The position numbers and the translations under genes are program-made. A stretch of 64,000 bases of DNA from a virus. The notes under the pieces are model-generated. The model did no database searches, was not told the DNA's origin, and saw only the letters and a list, made by a program, of their open reading frames with translations. The stretch is from positions 3,557-67,556 of the IMG/VR virus record IMGVR_UViG_3300029999_000001. One strand, given 5' to 3'. Numbering within the stretch: position 1 is the first letter of the stretch; the number at the start of each line of letters is the position of its first letter. Shown here in pieces: positions 25,071-34,799 of the stretch.

Positions 25071-27827
25071 GTGGGCGTCATCCCGAGTCTCCCCCCGGTC
25101 GAGCAGGTCTTCACAGTCTCCGCCGGCGAGTTCATGGCCGGCATCAGCGAGATGCTGGAAGGGGTCGAAAAGCTAGCCGCCGGGATCGATGAGGTGGCAG
25201 CTGCGGCGGACCGGCTGAGCGCGGCCGCGGATGTGGCCGGGGAGGCTGACGACCGGCTCGCGGCGGGGATCGATGAAGTCGCCGCGTCCGCTGACCGGCT
25301 GGCCGTGGCCGCGGACATCGCCGCCGATGCTGACGAGCGGCTGTCGGCGGCGGAGCAGCTCGCGGCGATCGACGCGGAACGCCAGGCCGCCGCGGTTGAC
25401 GCGCTGGTCGCCTCGTGTGAGGAGACCGTCGCCGCAGTCGATGAGGCCACGGTTGCGATCGACCGGGAAACGGTCGCGCTGGAAGAATCCGGCGACGCCG
25501 CCAAAGACACCGGGGCGGAAGGCCTGGCCTTCGGCGGCATGATGAAGACTGCGCTGCTCGGGGTCGCTATCGCGGCCGGGATCGGGATCGAGCAGGCCGG
25601 GAAGTTCCAGCAGGGAATCACGCAGCTCCACACCCAGGCGGGGGTTGCCACCAGCCAGCTGGGCACCCTCAGCCAAGGGGTACTGAAGCTGGCGGGGGCG
25701 GTCGGGCAGGGCCCGGAGTCGCTGACCGAATCCCTGTACCACGTCGAAAGCAACATGGCGTCGCTGGGGATCTCCAGCGCGAAGGCCCTGAACATGGTTC
25801 AGGTCGCGGCCGAAGGCGCCGATGTGGGCCGCGCGTCCCTGGTCGACGTCACCAACGCCCTCACCGCCGCCGTCGCGTCCGGCATCCCCGGCGTACAGAA
25901 TTACCAGCAGGCAATGGGCGCCCTGAATGCCACCGTCGGTGCCGGTGACATGCAAATGCAAGACCTGGCCGACGCGATGGGCACTGGAATGCTCGCCGTC
26001 GTGAAAGGCTACGGCCTTTCATTGACCGATGTTGGCGCCGCGCTGGCGACATTTGGCGACAATAACATTAGAGGGGCTAAGGCAGGCACCGATTTGCGGA
26101 TGTCTGTGCAGGCCCTGGCTGTGCCGATGGCAACCGCAGGAGCGCAGCTCAGCGCACTGGGCATGAACAGCAAAACGCTCTCCACTGACATGGAGAACGG
26201 CGGGCTCATGAAAGCCCTAGACGACCTTACCAACCGGTTCCATAAAGCGGGAATAACCGCTAAAACCGAAGGTGAGGTAATCACCACCCTCTTTGGCAAG
26301 AAGGCCGGGGCGGGTGTGTCGATCCTGCTGGAGCAGATGAGCCGTCTCCAGTCCAAATACCCGCAGATCGAAAAGGCCGCTGGTGATTTCGGGAACGCCT
26401 GGCAGGGCCAGCAGAAGACTCTTTCCCAGCAGTGGGCCGACCTCAAAAACGGGGTGGACGCGCTTGCGATCTCGTTCGGGGAGAAGCTTCTGCCTGTGGC
26501 CACGAAGGTGGTCGGCGCGCTGGCTAAGTTTGCGAACTTCCTGGAGAAGAATCCGGCACTGGCTGCGTTCGCGGGGGCGCTCCTCGCGGTCGCAGCCGCG
26601 TTCAAACTCGTTGCTACCGCTGAGGCACTGTTCGACGCAGTCACCGATGCGAACCCGGTGATGCTGGTCCTCATGGCCGTGATCCTGCTTGCGGCCGGCC
26701 TGTACGAGCTGTACAAGCATTGCAAGCTGGTCCGGGATGCCGTGGCCGACGTCGGGAAGTTCTTCAAAGCCGCTGGCCACGACATAGCAGACGCCACCGA
26801 TGCTGTCCGGGAAACGGCCATACGGGCCGGTCACGACATAGAAGCAGCCTGGCATGACATAAAAAACGGCGTTGATGCTGTCCGGGAAACCTTCATCCGG
26901 GCCGGTCACGATATAGAGGCGGCCCTCAATGCGGTAGCGAAATGGATTTCCGGTCACTGGAAGGAAATCCTCGCCTGGCTGGTCGATCCGGTCGGCATGG
27001 CGGTCTTCGAAATCCGGACCCACACGCACGAAATCGCGCAGGCGTTCGATAAAATGCGTCATGATGTCGCCGCAATTCTTGACGACGCGCGCCACGACGT
27101 TTCCGCCGCATTCGATGATGTGCGCCATGATATCGCGGCATTCGCTGACTGGGTGCCGCGGGAAATAGAGGACGCCTGGGATACAGCCCGCCACGACACC
27201 ATGTCATTCCTCGATGGGCTGCGCCACGACATTTCCGCCGCGTTCGACTGGCTGGGCAGCACAACACGCTCGGTGATATCCGACGTGGTCGGCTTCTTTT
27301 CGAAGCTGCCGGGGGAGGCGCTACGTGAGCTGGAGGCCCTTCCCGGGCAGATGCTCACGGCCGGGAAGAACATTATCAACGGGCTGATTAATGGGATAAA
27401 GAACGCTGCGGCGGCCATTCCGGGCATTATGAAGGGCCTGGCGTCCGACGTGGAGAGCTACTTCACCGACCCGCTGAAGATGTTCTCCCCGTCGCGGGTG
27501 TTCTTCCAGCACGGCGTCAACACCCTCCAGGGGTACATCAACGGGCTGCGGTCGATGACCCCGCAGGTGCTTGCCGCGATGCACGAGATCGGCGGCCATG
27601 TCGCCAGCGGCGGGATCGGTGCTGCGGGCCTGGCCGTCGCCGGCGGCACTGCGGCCGGCGGGGGGACCGGGGGCGGGACGTCGATCGGGCCGATCACTCT
27701 GACCGTCAACGGGTTCGTCGGCAACCAGCAGGAACTGATGCAGCAGCTCTACTACCAGTTCCAGCAGATCGTGCTTCAGCAAAATCGGCGCAATAGCGTC
27801 AACGGCCTGTCCCTCACGCACCCGTAA
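25071..27827 (+). CDS. Tape measure protein (TP901-type core)
   Basis: 918 aa, Ala-rich; GAALATFGDNNIRGAKAGTDLR core; membrane segments; aromatic-spaced repeats. Confidence 0.95.
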   Translation: MGVIPSLPPVEQVFTVSAGEFMAGISEMLEGVEKLAAGIDEVAAAADRLSAAADVAGEADDRLAAGIDEVAASADRLAVAADIAADADERLSAAEQLAAIDAERQAAAVDALVASCEETVAAVDEATVAIDRETVALEESGDAAKDTGAEGLAFGGMMKTALLGVAIAAGIGIEQAGKFQQGITQLHTQAGVATSQLGTLSQGVLKLAGAVGQGPESLTESLYHVESNMASLGISSAKALNMVQVAAEGADVGRASLVDVTNALTAAVASGIPGVQNYQQAMGALNATVGAGDMQMQDLADAMGTGMLAVVKGYGLSLTDVGAALATFGDNNIRGAKAGTDLRMSVQALAVPMATAGAQLSALGMNSKTLSTDMENGGLMKALDDLTNRFHKAGITAKTEGEVITTLFGKKAGAGVSILLEQMSRLQSKYPQIEKAAGDFGNAWQGQQKTLSQQWADLKNGVDALAISFGEKLLPVATKVVGALAKFANFLEKNPALAAFAGALLAVAAAFKLVATAEALFDAVTDANPVMLVLMAVILLAAGLYELYKHCKLVRDAVADVGKFFKAAGHDIADATDAVRETAIRAGHDIEAAWHDIKNGVDAVRETFIRAGHDIEAALNAVAKWISGHWKEILAWLVDPVGMAVFEIRTHTHEIAQAFDKMRHDVAAILDDARHDVSAAFDDVRHDIAAFADWVPREIEDAWDTARHDTMSFLDGLRHDISAAFDWLGSTTRSVISDVVGFFSKLPGEALRELEALPGQMLTAGKNIINGLINGIKNAAAAIPGIMKGLASDVESYFTDPLKMFSPSRVFFQHGVNTLQGYINGLRSMTPQVLAAMHEIGGHVASGGIGAAGLAVAGGTAAGGGTGGGTSIGPITLTVNGFVGNQQELMQQLYYQFQQIVLQQNRRNSVNGLSLTHP

Positions 27828-27851
27828 CCAGGCAGAGGGGGCGGGGCCGCC

Positions 27852-30800
27852 GTGACGTCTGTGATCAGCCAGTGGACTGGCGGGTTCTCCTACCTGTCCG
27901 GCTATTTCACCCCGGAGCCGGCTGGCCAGTCCGTTGACGTGCCGGTAAGCAACACAGGCGACAGTGACAACTGGCTGTTCGCGGTGTGCGCGTGGCAGAC
28001 CCCCGCCACGTTCGGGTCCACCGTCGCGGTCGGCGACGACGCGCACAACTGGTGGGAACCATTGGGTGCACCCACCGGGACGAGTCCGGATGATGGGATC
28101 ACCCGCTGCTCGGTGTGGGCGGCCCCGAACCCATCCGTGGCCGGGAACGTCTTCGTAAGCCCCAACGGGTACTGCCAGGCCCTCATCGCGTTCGTGTTCG
28201 AGGTTCAGGGCATGAGCCCGTGGCTGGACGTGCCCGGCGTGGTCACCGCGTACGCGAACGATGCCACCGCGCTGTCCGGGCTGGCGCTGGCCGCCCCGGG
28301 GTCGCAGGCGCTGGTGCTGTCGGTGTGCGCGACGGACAAGACCACCGCGACCGTCACCGGGCCGGGCGCCGGGTGGACGGCGCTGCCTGCACAGTCGTGG
28401 AGCAACGGTGTTGACCACACCTCCGACATCACCATCGCCACCAGCTATCAGGTCACGTCCGCTGCGACCGCCGCAGCGTACACAACAAGCGGGACCGCGG
28501 ACCTGGCCGGCCTGATGGCCGCGGTGCTGATCAGCCCGGCGGCACCGTTCGCCCCGTCCCAGACCTGGCCGCACATTCAGTTCCAGCTCGGCTTCGGGGC
28601 CGGGGTGCAGACCCCATGGGATCAGGTCACCTGGACGGATGTAACCGGCCGGTTCCGGGGCATGACCACCCAGCGCGGCAAGCAGTACGAGCTCGATTCG
28701 GTGCAGGCGGGGACGGTCAACATGACCCTCTCCAACAATGACGCTGCGCTGACCCCCGAAAACAGTGCGTCCCCGTACTGCCCGGATGTCACCGTCTACA
28801 CGCCGGTCCGGGTGCTGGCGACCTGGCCGCCGCCCCCGGCCGCCGGCGCGAAAACCTATGTGGTGTTCCGCGGGTTCATGGAACGCTGGCCCCTCGCCCT
28901 GACCAGCAGCCGGTATCAGAACACGGCCGGGGTCGCCACCGACGTGTGGGCGCTGATGACGCCGCTGCTGAACACGATCACCCGCGCGGAGATCCTCCTC
29001 GATCAGCCGTTCGCCTACTGGACGATGAGCGACGCCGCCGGGGCACCGTACGCGGCGAACCTGGCCCCCGGCAACATGAACCCGCTGCAGGTCATCCAGT
29101 CCAAGTACGGGATCGGGTCAAGCACTGTCAGCTTCGGGAACGACCCATCGGATCTGATCATCGGTGACCCGTCCGGCACCGTGTGGGCCCAGTCGGGGCT
29201 GACCAGCGGGCAGGGAAGCGACGGGTACGCCCTCGTCTACAGCGACTCCGGGCTCCCGTCCCTCGCTGGCGGGGTGACGGCCGAAGGCTGGTTCCAGGTC
29301 TCGAACTCCAACCCGGCAGTGGTCGGGTGGACGCTGATCATCCTGAAGAACACCGCCACCCCCATGTTCAAGGTGTGGGTCCGGGCATCCGACGGCGCGA
29401 TGATGGTCACCGCCTGGGACAAAACCACCCACGTGAGCACGAACACTGTCGTCAACAGCGCCCAGTCGTGGGCGGACAGCACCTTCACGCATGTTGCGCT
29501 GCTGCTGACGCAGACGACATGGCAGGTCATCCTCGACGGGGGGGCGTTCCCCGGCGCGTCCGGGTCCTGCAACCTGGGCAGCACCTGGGCGTTCACCGAC
29601 TTCGGTGGTGAAGCTGACCGGCTGTTCAGCGGGAACATGTTCAACGGGCAGGTCGCGCATCTGGCGATCTTCCCCCGGCTGCTGCCGAACGCCCGGATCG
29701 TCTCCCACTTCTACGGGACCACCGCCGGGTTCGGCAGCGGGCAGGAACTCGCCGGGGCGCGGATCGAGCGGATCCTCGCTGACTCCGGATGCTTGCAGCC
29801 GCGCAGCATCGGGGTGACCGTTGACGCGGTGCAAGGCGCCCTTGACATTCAGGGGCAGGCCACCGGGCAGAACGTCACCAACATCGCCGAGTCGGAGAGC
29901 GGGCTGCTGTACGCGGACGCGGCCGGGTACCTGTGCTACACACCCCGCCGCGCCGGATACAACCTCGGGTCGTTGTGGACTGCTGGGGAGATGGCCGGGC
30001 AGCCGTTCAACCTCAACCCAACGTTCGCGGGCCTGCTCGCGCCGTGGACCGCCTACCAGGGGACGATCACGCTGACGCAGGCGCAGGTGTACGGCGCCCC
30101 CTACTCGGCGCTGCTCACCCCCAGCCCCAGCGTCACGTTCTGCGAGATCCTCGACGCGCCGGTGCTGGTCACCGCCGGGGAGGAATACACCGCCTCCGCA
30201 TGGGTGTACTCGCCGGCAGGGTGGGGAAGCGTCCAGATCGGTTTCGACTGGCAGGCCGCCGGCGGCGGGTACCTGTCCACCTCAACGGAACTGTTCCCGG
30301 TGCAGGCCGGGCAATGGACATACCTGACCACCACCCAGACCGCCCCAGCCGGGGCGGTGAGCGGGGAAATCCGGGTCGGGGAAGCGGGCAGCCCGGCACC
30401 AGCGAACATCCTGTACGTGTCACAGGCGGCCATGACGGCCGCGTTCCAGACCGAAGCGCCGTACCAGGCTGACATCCAGTTCGACTACGACCCCAGCCAG
30501 GTTTACAACGACATCACGCTGACCCAGTTCGGGGCGCCGCAGGAGATCGGCGGGGCGGACATCTCCACCGTCACCGCGATCACATCCCCCGCCTCGATCA
30601 GCGCCTACGGTGACCAGACGCTGCAGGAAACGATCTACCTGTTCAGCGCGGCCACCCAAGGGGACCTCGCGAACTGGATCCTGGGCACCAGCGACCAGCC
30701 GTACATCCGGGTGTCGCAAATGACGTTTGACCCGAGCGCGAACCCGGCGTTGTGGCCGATCGTGCTGTCCGCTGAGGTCGGGCAGGTGATCACCGTCAAC

Positions 30801-30983
30801 CGGCGGCTCGGCGGGACCCTCACCGAGATCAGCGGCCAGTTCCAGATCCTCAACGTCGCCCACTCGACCGCACCCGGGCGGTGGACGACCCGGATCATGG
30901 CGGTCGCCTACCTGAGCAACGTCCTAACCTGCGATGACCCGGACCGGGGTCAGCTTTCGGGCTCCAACGTCCTAGGTTTCTGA
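27852..30983 (+). CDS. Minor tail/hub protein with LamG-like and CBM-like domains
   Basis: Follows the tape measure; WTDVTGRFRG...RGKQYEL; TAEGWF...FNGQVAHLAIF (LamG-like); YTASAWV...GQWTYL (CBM4/9-like). Confidence 0.8.
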   Translation: MTSVISQWTGGFSYLSGYFTPEPAGQSVDVPVSNTGDSDNWLFAVCAWQTPATFGSTVAVGDDAHNWWEPLGAPTGTSPDDGITRCSVWAAPNPSVAGNVFVSPNGYCQALIAFVFEVQGMSPWLDVPGVVTAYANDATALSGLALAAPGSQALVLSVCATDKTTATVTGPGAGWTALPAQSWSNGVDHTSDITIATSYQVTSAATAAAYTTSGTADLAGLMAAVLISPAAPFAPSQTWPHIQFQLGFGAGVQTPWDQVTWTDVTGRFRGMTTQRGKQYELDSVQAGTVNMTLSNNDAALTPENSASPYCPDVTVYTPVRVLATWPPPPAAGAKTYVVFRGFMERWPLALTSSRYQNTAGVATDVWALMTPLLNTITRAEILLDQPFAYWTMSDAAGAPYAANLAPGNMNPLQVIQSKYGIGSSTVSFGNDPSDLIIGDPSGTVWAQSGLTSGQGSDGYALVYSDSGLPSLAGGVTAEGWFQVSNSNPAVVGWTLIILKNTATPMFKVWVRASDGAMMVTAWDKTTHVSTNTVVNSAQSWADSTFTHVALLLTQTTWQVILDGGAFPGASGSCNLGSTWAFTDFGGEADRLFSGNMFNGQVAHLAIFPRLLPNARIVSHFYGTTAGFGSGQELAGARIERILADSGCLQPRSIGVTVDAVQGALDIQGQATGQNVTNIAESESGLLYADAAGYLCYTPRRAGYNLGSLWTAGEMAGQPFNLNPTFAGLLAPWTAYQGTITLTQAQVYGAPYSALLTPSPSVTFCEILDAPVLVTAGEEYTASAWVYSPAGWGSVQIGFDWQAAGGGYLSTSTELFPVQAGQWTYLTTTQTAPAGAVSGEIRVGEAGSPAPANILYVSQAAMTAAFQTEAPYQADIQFDYDPSQVYNDITLTQFGAPQEIGGADISTVTAITSPASISAYGDQTLQETIYLFSAATQGDLANWILGTSDQPYIRVSQMTFDPSANPALWPIVLSAEVGQVITVNRRLGGTLTEISGQFQILNVAHSTAPGRWTTRIMAVAYLSNVLTCDDPDRGQLSGSNVLGF

Positions 30984-31105
30984 GCTGGCAAGTGGCTCAC
31001 TGAGTGCCACTTGCCAGCAGATCTCTGTGCCGTCGTCTGCACTCGCGCGTTCCCGATCTTCGCGCCCTCGGGGAGCCTTTCGCGGAACACCTCCACGTAG
31101 CCCAT
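30950..31105 (-). CDS. Possible small antisense ORF (51 aa)
   Basis: MGYVEVFRERLPEG...; GAGAAT 6 nt before ATG; same start context as 32991 and 42527. Confidence 0.35.
   Translation of the reverse strand: MGYVEVFRERLPEGAKIGNARVQTTAQRSAGKWHSVSHLPAQKPRTLEPES
30984..31018. repeat. Perfect 13-bp inverted repeat
   Basis: GCTGGCAAGTGGC-9-GCCACTTGCCAGC. Confidence 0.8.
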
Positions 31106-31142
31106 CCCGTCATTCTCTCACCGCGGCCGGGGGTGATGCGGG

Positions 31143-32300
31143 ATGCCGATTCCCCCGTACCCGGTCATCCCGAACCCGCGCACCTGGGGGCTGAATGGCC
31201 CGGAACCCGTGCTCGTGCCCGAGCTCCGCAGCGACGTAACCAACGCGGTCACCCTGCTGGAAAACCCGCCGCTAGTGATGCTCGGGCAAGGCGGCACCGG
31301 CCAGAACATCACCAACATCACCGAAACCGCTGTCGCGATGACAGAAGAACTGACCGACCCGTGGGGGATGCACAACGGGGCGACCACCGCCCAGGTGTAC
31401 CCGCCGCTGCCCGGCTGGTACCTAGTGTCCTCAGCGGTCCCGACCAGCGACATGACCGCCGGCGGTATCCAGGTCGCCGGGATCGTGGCTGTCCAGGGCG
31501 GCGGGGCCGCCACCTATTTCGACGGCGGCAAAACCCAAATGGAGACCGGGTTCTCAGCGCACCCGACCGCCAGCAAACTCGTCAAGATCACCGACCTGGG
31601 CACGGATTATTTCGCGGCCTCCACCTACCAGTCGTCCGGGTCAGCGCAAGTCCTTGAAATCACCACAACGAAGTTCCCGATGCTGCACGCCCAGTGGGTC
31701 GCCGCGGTCACCGGGACGACCGGGCTGCCGGTGCCGGACCCGTCAGCGTGGCCCGTGCCCCCGGCGTACGTGACCAGCTCGTTCCTGAACACGAACATCC
31801 GGGACACGATCAGATTCCTGAGCTACCCGCCGATCGTGGAGGTCTCCAGCGCCGGCAGCCAGGCGATCCCGAACGGGGGGATCGGCGTGACCGGGACCGC
31901 GCTGACGATCCTCACCAGTGAGCTGATCGACAACTACAGTGCCTTCGCCGCCAGCACGTTCACAGCCCCGGTCGCGGGCTTGTACTGGATGTACGGGCAG
32001 GTCTGTTTCGCTGAGGCGGGGGTGACGACGGGGATCAGCCGCGGTGCTGGCCTGACGGTCACCAGCTCGAACTATGGCGGGTCCGCGGTCACCCTGTGGG
32101 GATCATCGGAGACCCCGTCAACAGGGTCGAATGCGGCGATGAACCTGGGTCATACGTCGATCGTCCGCCGGTATCTGCGGCTCAACGCCGGGGACACGGT
32201 GCAGCTCGCCGCGTACAGCAACGATTCCGGCGGGTCCCGGACGGCTGGCACATCAGGGAACTCGGTGTGCCGGTTCATCGCGGTGTGGAGGGGTGCCTGA
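31143..32300 (+). CDS. Minor tail protein (two related beta domains)
   Basis: Repeated P.P.W...N.NIRD/LRSD...PP.V units; AGLYW/PGWY motifs. Confidence 0.7.
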   Translation: MPIPPYPVIPNPRTWGLNGPEPVLVPELRSDVTNAVTLLENPPLVMLGQGGTGQNITNITETAVAMTEELTDPWGMHNGATTAQVYPPLPGWYLVSSAVPTSDMTAGGIQVAGIVAVQGGGAATYFDGGKTQMETGFSAHPTASKLVKITDLGTDYFAASTYQSSGSAQVLEITTTKFPMLHAQWVAAVTGTTGLPVPDPSAWPVPPAYVTSSFLNTNIRDTIRFLSYPPIVEVSSAGSQAIPNGGIGVTGTALTILTSELIDNYSAFAASTFTAPVAGLYWMYGQVCFAEAGVTTGISRGAGLTVTSSNYGGSAVTLWGSSETPSTGSNAAMNLGHTSIVRRYLRLNAGDTVQLAAYSNDSGGSRTAGTSGNSVCRFIAVWRGA

Positions 32301-32839
32301 TGGCCGCGCCGCCCGGCCCGCCGTCGTTTGTGGCCGGGTCCGGGCCCGAACCGCCTGACTTCAATAATCTGATCCAGGCGCCCTTGCTGTTCTGCACCGC
32401 GAAAACGGTGCTGCGGGTCGCCCAGCCGACCGGGGGGCAGTCCGTTTCCGGGGGCGGTTACACATCCCCGGTCCAGTTCACGCAGGTGCTGGAAGACCCG
32501 TACAGCGGCTGGTCGGCGGTGGCCACGGGCAGTCAGCCTGCGTACTCCTACCTTGTGCCGTACGACGGCTGGTACGACATCACCCTTGTGATTGCCTGCG
32601 GTAATGTCACCGGGCACCTGGAACCGGCGATCGAGATCAGTAACACCACGACGTTTGAGCTGGCTGCTGTGGCTGTGGGCGGGTCAACACCACCGATCTC
32701 TACCGGGAGTGTCAAGGCTGGGCTGATCGGTGGCCTGGATTATGTGACGGCCCGGATCGCGTCGTCGGTGGCTGCTACCACCTCCGGATCAGCCCCCGGC
32801 CGTAACTGTGCGATGGAGATCGTCTACACCGGGGAATGA
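32300..32839 (+). CDS. Minor tail protein
   Basis: TGATG coupling; resembles domains of the previous gene (EDPYSGW, DGWYDI). Confidence 0.7.
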   Translation: MAAPPGPPSFVAGSGPEPPDFNNLIQAPLLFCTAKTVLRVAQPTGGQSVSGGGYTSPVQFTQVLEDPYSGWSAVATGSQPAYSYLVPYDGWYDITLVIACGNVTGHLEPAIEISNTTTFELAAVAVGGSTPPISTGSVKAGLIGGLDYVTARIASSVAATTSGSAPGRNCAMEIVYTGE

Positions 32840-32991
32840 CGCGGCCGGAAGCCGTGGTCGTGGCAGCACCACCAGCAGTAGGTCTCGTAGACAGGGCCGG
32901 ATGCTGTAGTGCCTTGATCCGCTTCCCGGATCATGAGGGCGCTTCCGCACAGATAGCAGTGCCCCCAGAGGTTGCCGGTCTCGCCGCTCAT
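32824..32991 (-). CDS. Small antisense zinc-ribbon protein (55 aa)
   Basis: MSGETGNLWGHCYLCG...YCWWCCHDH; GAGGAT 6 nt before ATG. Confidence 0.6.
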   Translation of the reverse strand: MSGETGNLWGHCYLCGSALMIREADQGTTASGPVYETYCWWCCHDHGFRPRHSPV

Positions 32992-33029
32992 CCCGTCATC
33001 CTCTCACTGCCACCCGGGGGTGATCCGGG

Positions 33030-34799
33030 ATGGCGATACCAGCGGACAGCCCGGGAGGGGCATCAAGCGCCTCCCAGTTCGCCGCGCTGCTCGCACAGAA
33101 ACCCGGCAGCAGCTACCAGGCGTTCGACCCGGCTCAATGGCGGCTGGCCCGCTTCTCGGCGCCGGGCCCAGCATCCGGCACCGCATCAGTCACCAACACC
33201 TACCCGGCCACCTATGAGGCCACCTACGGGACAACCGTTGACGTCCCCTCCGACACGGAGGCCTTCTGGGAGACGGTGGCCATGACCCGAAGCGCCTACC
33301 TCGACGGCGACGTCGAAATCAGCGGGAACCTCCAGGTCGACGGGACCAGCAACATCCCCGGGACGACCGACTGGACGGTGGTCGAGCCGTCAGGAGACAC
33401 GACCGGGGCGACGGACACGGCATCGATCCAGGCGGCGATCAACGCGGCCCCCGGCGGCGGGACAGTGTACCTGGAAACCGGGATCTTCTACACGAACGCA
33501 CCGATCGTGTTCGGGGCGAAAGTCGTGCTGCAAGGCTCGGACTCCTCATTCAACTGGGGGTCCTACAACGGCGGGTACGGGAACAGCGCGACCGCGCCGA
33601 CCGGCTTCCAGTCCACACCACCGACCCCGCCGTCCGGTGCGGTGATCAGGCCAGTCGCGGGCTGGGCGCAGGGGGCTGCGGTCGCCGCGGCGGTGCTGCT
33701 GTTCACCGCGCCGACCCACTACATCACTGAAGGCCCGGTCCTCCGCAACATCTGCGTCGACGGGGTCAGCCTGGTCGCGACCGCTGACGGGATTCAGGGG
33801 TACGGCGCGGTCGCCGACGTGATGATGACCAACGTCTACGTCATGCGGTGCACCGGGTGGGGCATCAACACCGCCGCCGACCCGTCCGCGCCGGCCGGGT
33901 ACTCGATCAACACGCCGGGGACGTGGAAAGTTCACCATTCCGAGGTGTGGAAATGCGCCGCGGGCGGCATCAACCTGAACTTCGTCTCCGACTCCGACTG
34001 GATCGATGTCCTTGTCGAAGGATGCAACGGCAACGGCTGGTCGATCACCTCCTGCGACAACTCCCACTGGATCGGCTGCCGTGCTGAATGGTCCAACGGG
34101 CACGGTTTCCACCTGACCGGCACCTGGCTGTCCGCCGCAGGGTACGGGGTCCTGCAATGCGTGTTCAGCGGGTGCACGACGGATGCGAACTTTGAGCACG
34201 GGTTCTTCATTGACGCGAGCACGGGCACGGCGGTTGTCGTGCTGGCGGGATGCTCGTTCCACCGGGACGGCAACAACGCGACCCCGGCGAGCTGGGCTGG
34301 GCTGGCGATCAGCCAGGCGGCGGCCGGGAACCTGCACTTCCAGGTGATCGTGCGGGGCCTGGTGACCTCCGCGACGACGGGCCAGGCTGGTGTCGGCCCC
34401 GCCTACGGGCTGTCCCTGGCCGGGACCGGTGTGTGGCTCGACATCGACGGCGCGAGGCTGATCGGCAACACGGGTGCCGTCCTGCTGTCCGGGACGCCCG
34501 CCCGCCTCCAGGTCGGCCCCGGCATGAGCTACGCGACCGGCGACTCGAGCGGGCCGGCGGTGGCAACCCCCGCGAACTGGAAGTCCGGCACGGCCACCCT
34601 CGCGGCGGGGACGGTCACCGTGGCGAACACGTGCGTGACCGCAGCGTCGCGGATCTGGCTGTCCGTGCTGACTCCGGGCGGAACGCCGGGAGCGCCGTAC
34701 GTCTCGGCGGTCACCGCAGGAACGAGTTTCACGATCAAATCGACGGCGGGTGCCTCCGATACGTCCGTGATCGCTTACCGGATGGATGAGCCGGGATGA
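33030..34799 (+). CDS. Tail spike/fibre with pectate-lyase-like beta-helix
   Basis: DTTGATDTASIQAAINAA...GTVYL.G.F entry motif; GCNGNGW/NGHGF helix coils. Confidence 0.8.
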   Translation: MAIPADSPGGASSASQFAALLAQKPGSSYQAFDPAQWRLARFSAPGPASGTASVTNTYPATYEATYGTTVDVPSDTEAFWETVAMTRSAYLDGDVEISGNLQVDGTSNIPGTTDWTVVEPSGDTTGATDTASIQAAINAAPGGGTVYLETGIFYTNAPIVFGAKVVLQGSDSSFNWGSYNGGYGNSATAPTGFQSTPPTPPSGAVIRPVAGWAQGAAVAAAVLLFTAPTHYITEGPVLRNICVDGVSLVATADGIQGYGAVADVMMTNVYVMRCTGWGINTAADPSAPAGYSINTPGTWKVHHSEVWKCAAGGINLNFVSDSDWIDVLVEGCNGNGWSITSCDNSHWIGCRAEWSNGHGFHLTGTWLSAAGYGVLQCVFSGCTTDANFEHGFFIDASTGTAVVVLAGCSFHRDGNNATPASWAGLAISQAAAGNLHFQVIVRGLVTSATTGQAGVGPAYGLSLAGTGVWLDIDGARLIGNTGAVLLSGTPARLQVGPGMSYATGDSSGPAVATPANWKSGTATLAAGTVTVANTCVTAASRIWLSVLTPGGTPGAPYVSAVTAGTSFTIKSTAGASDTSVIAYRMDEPG

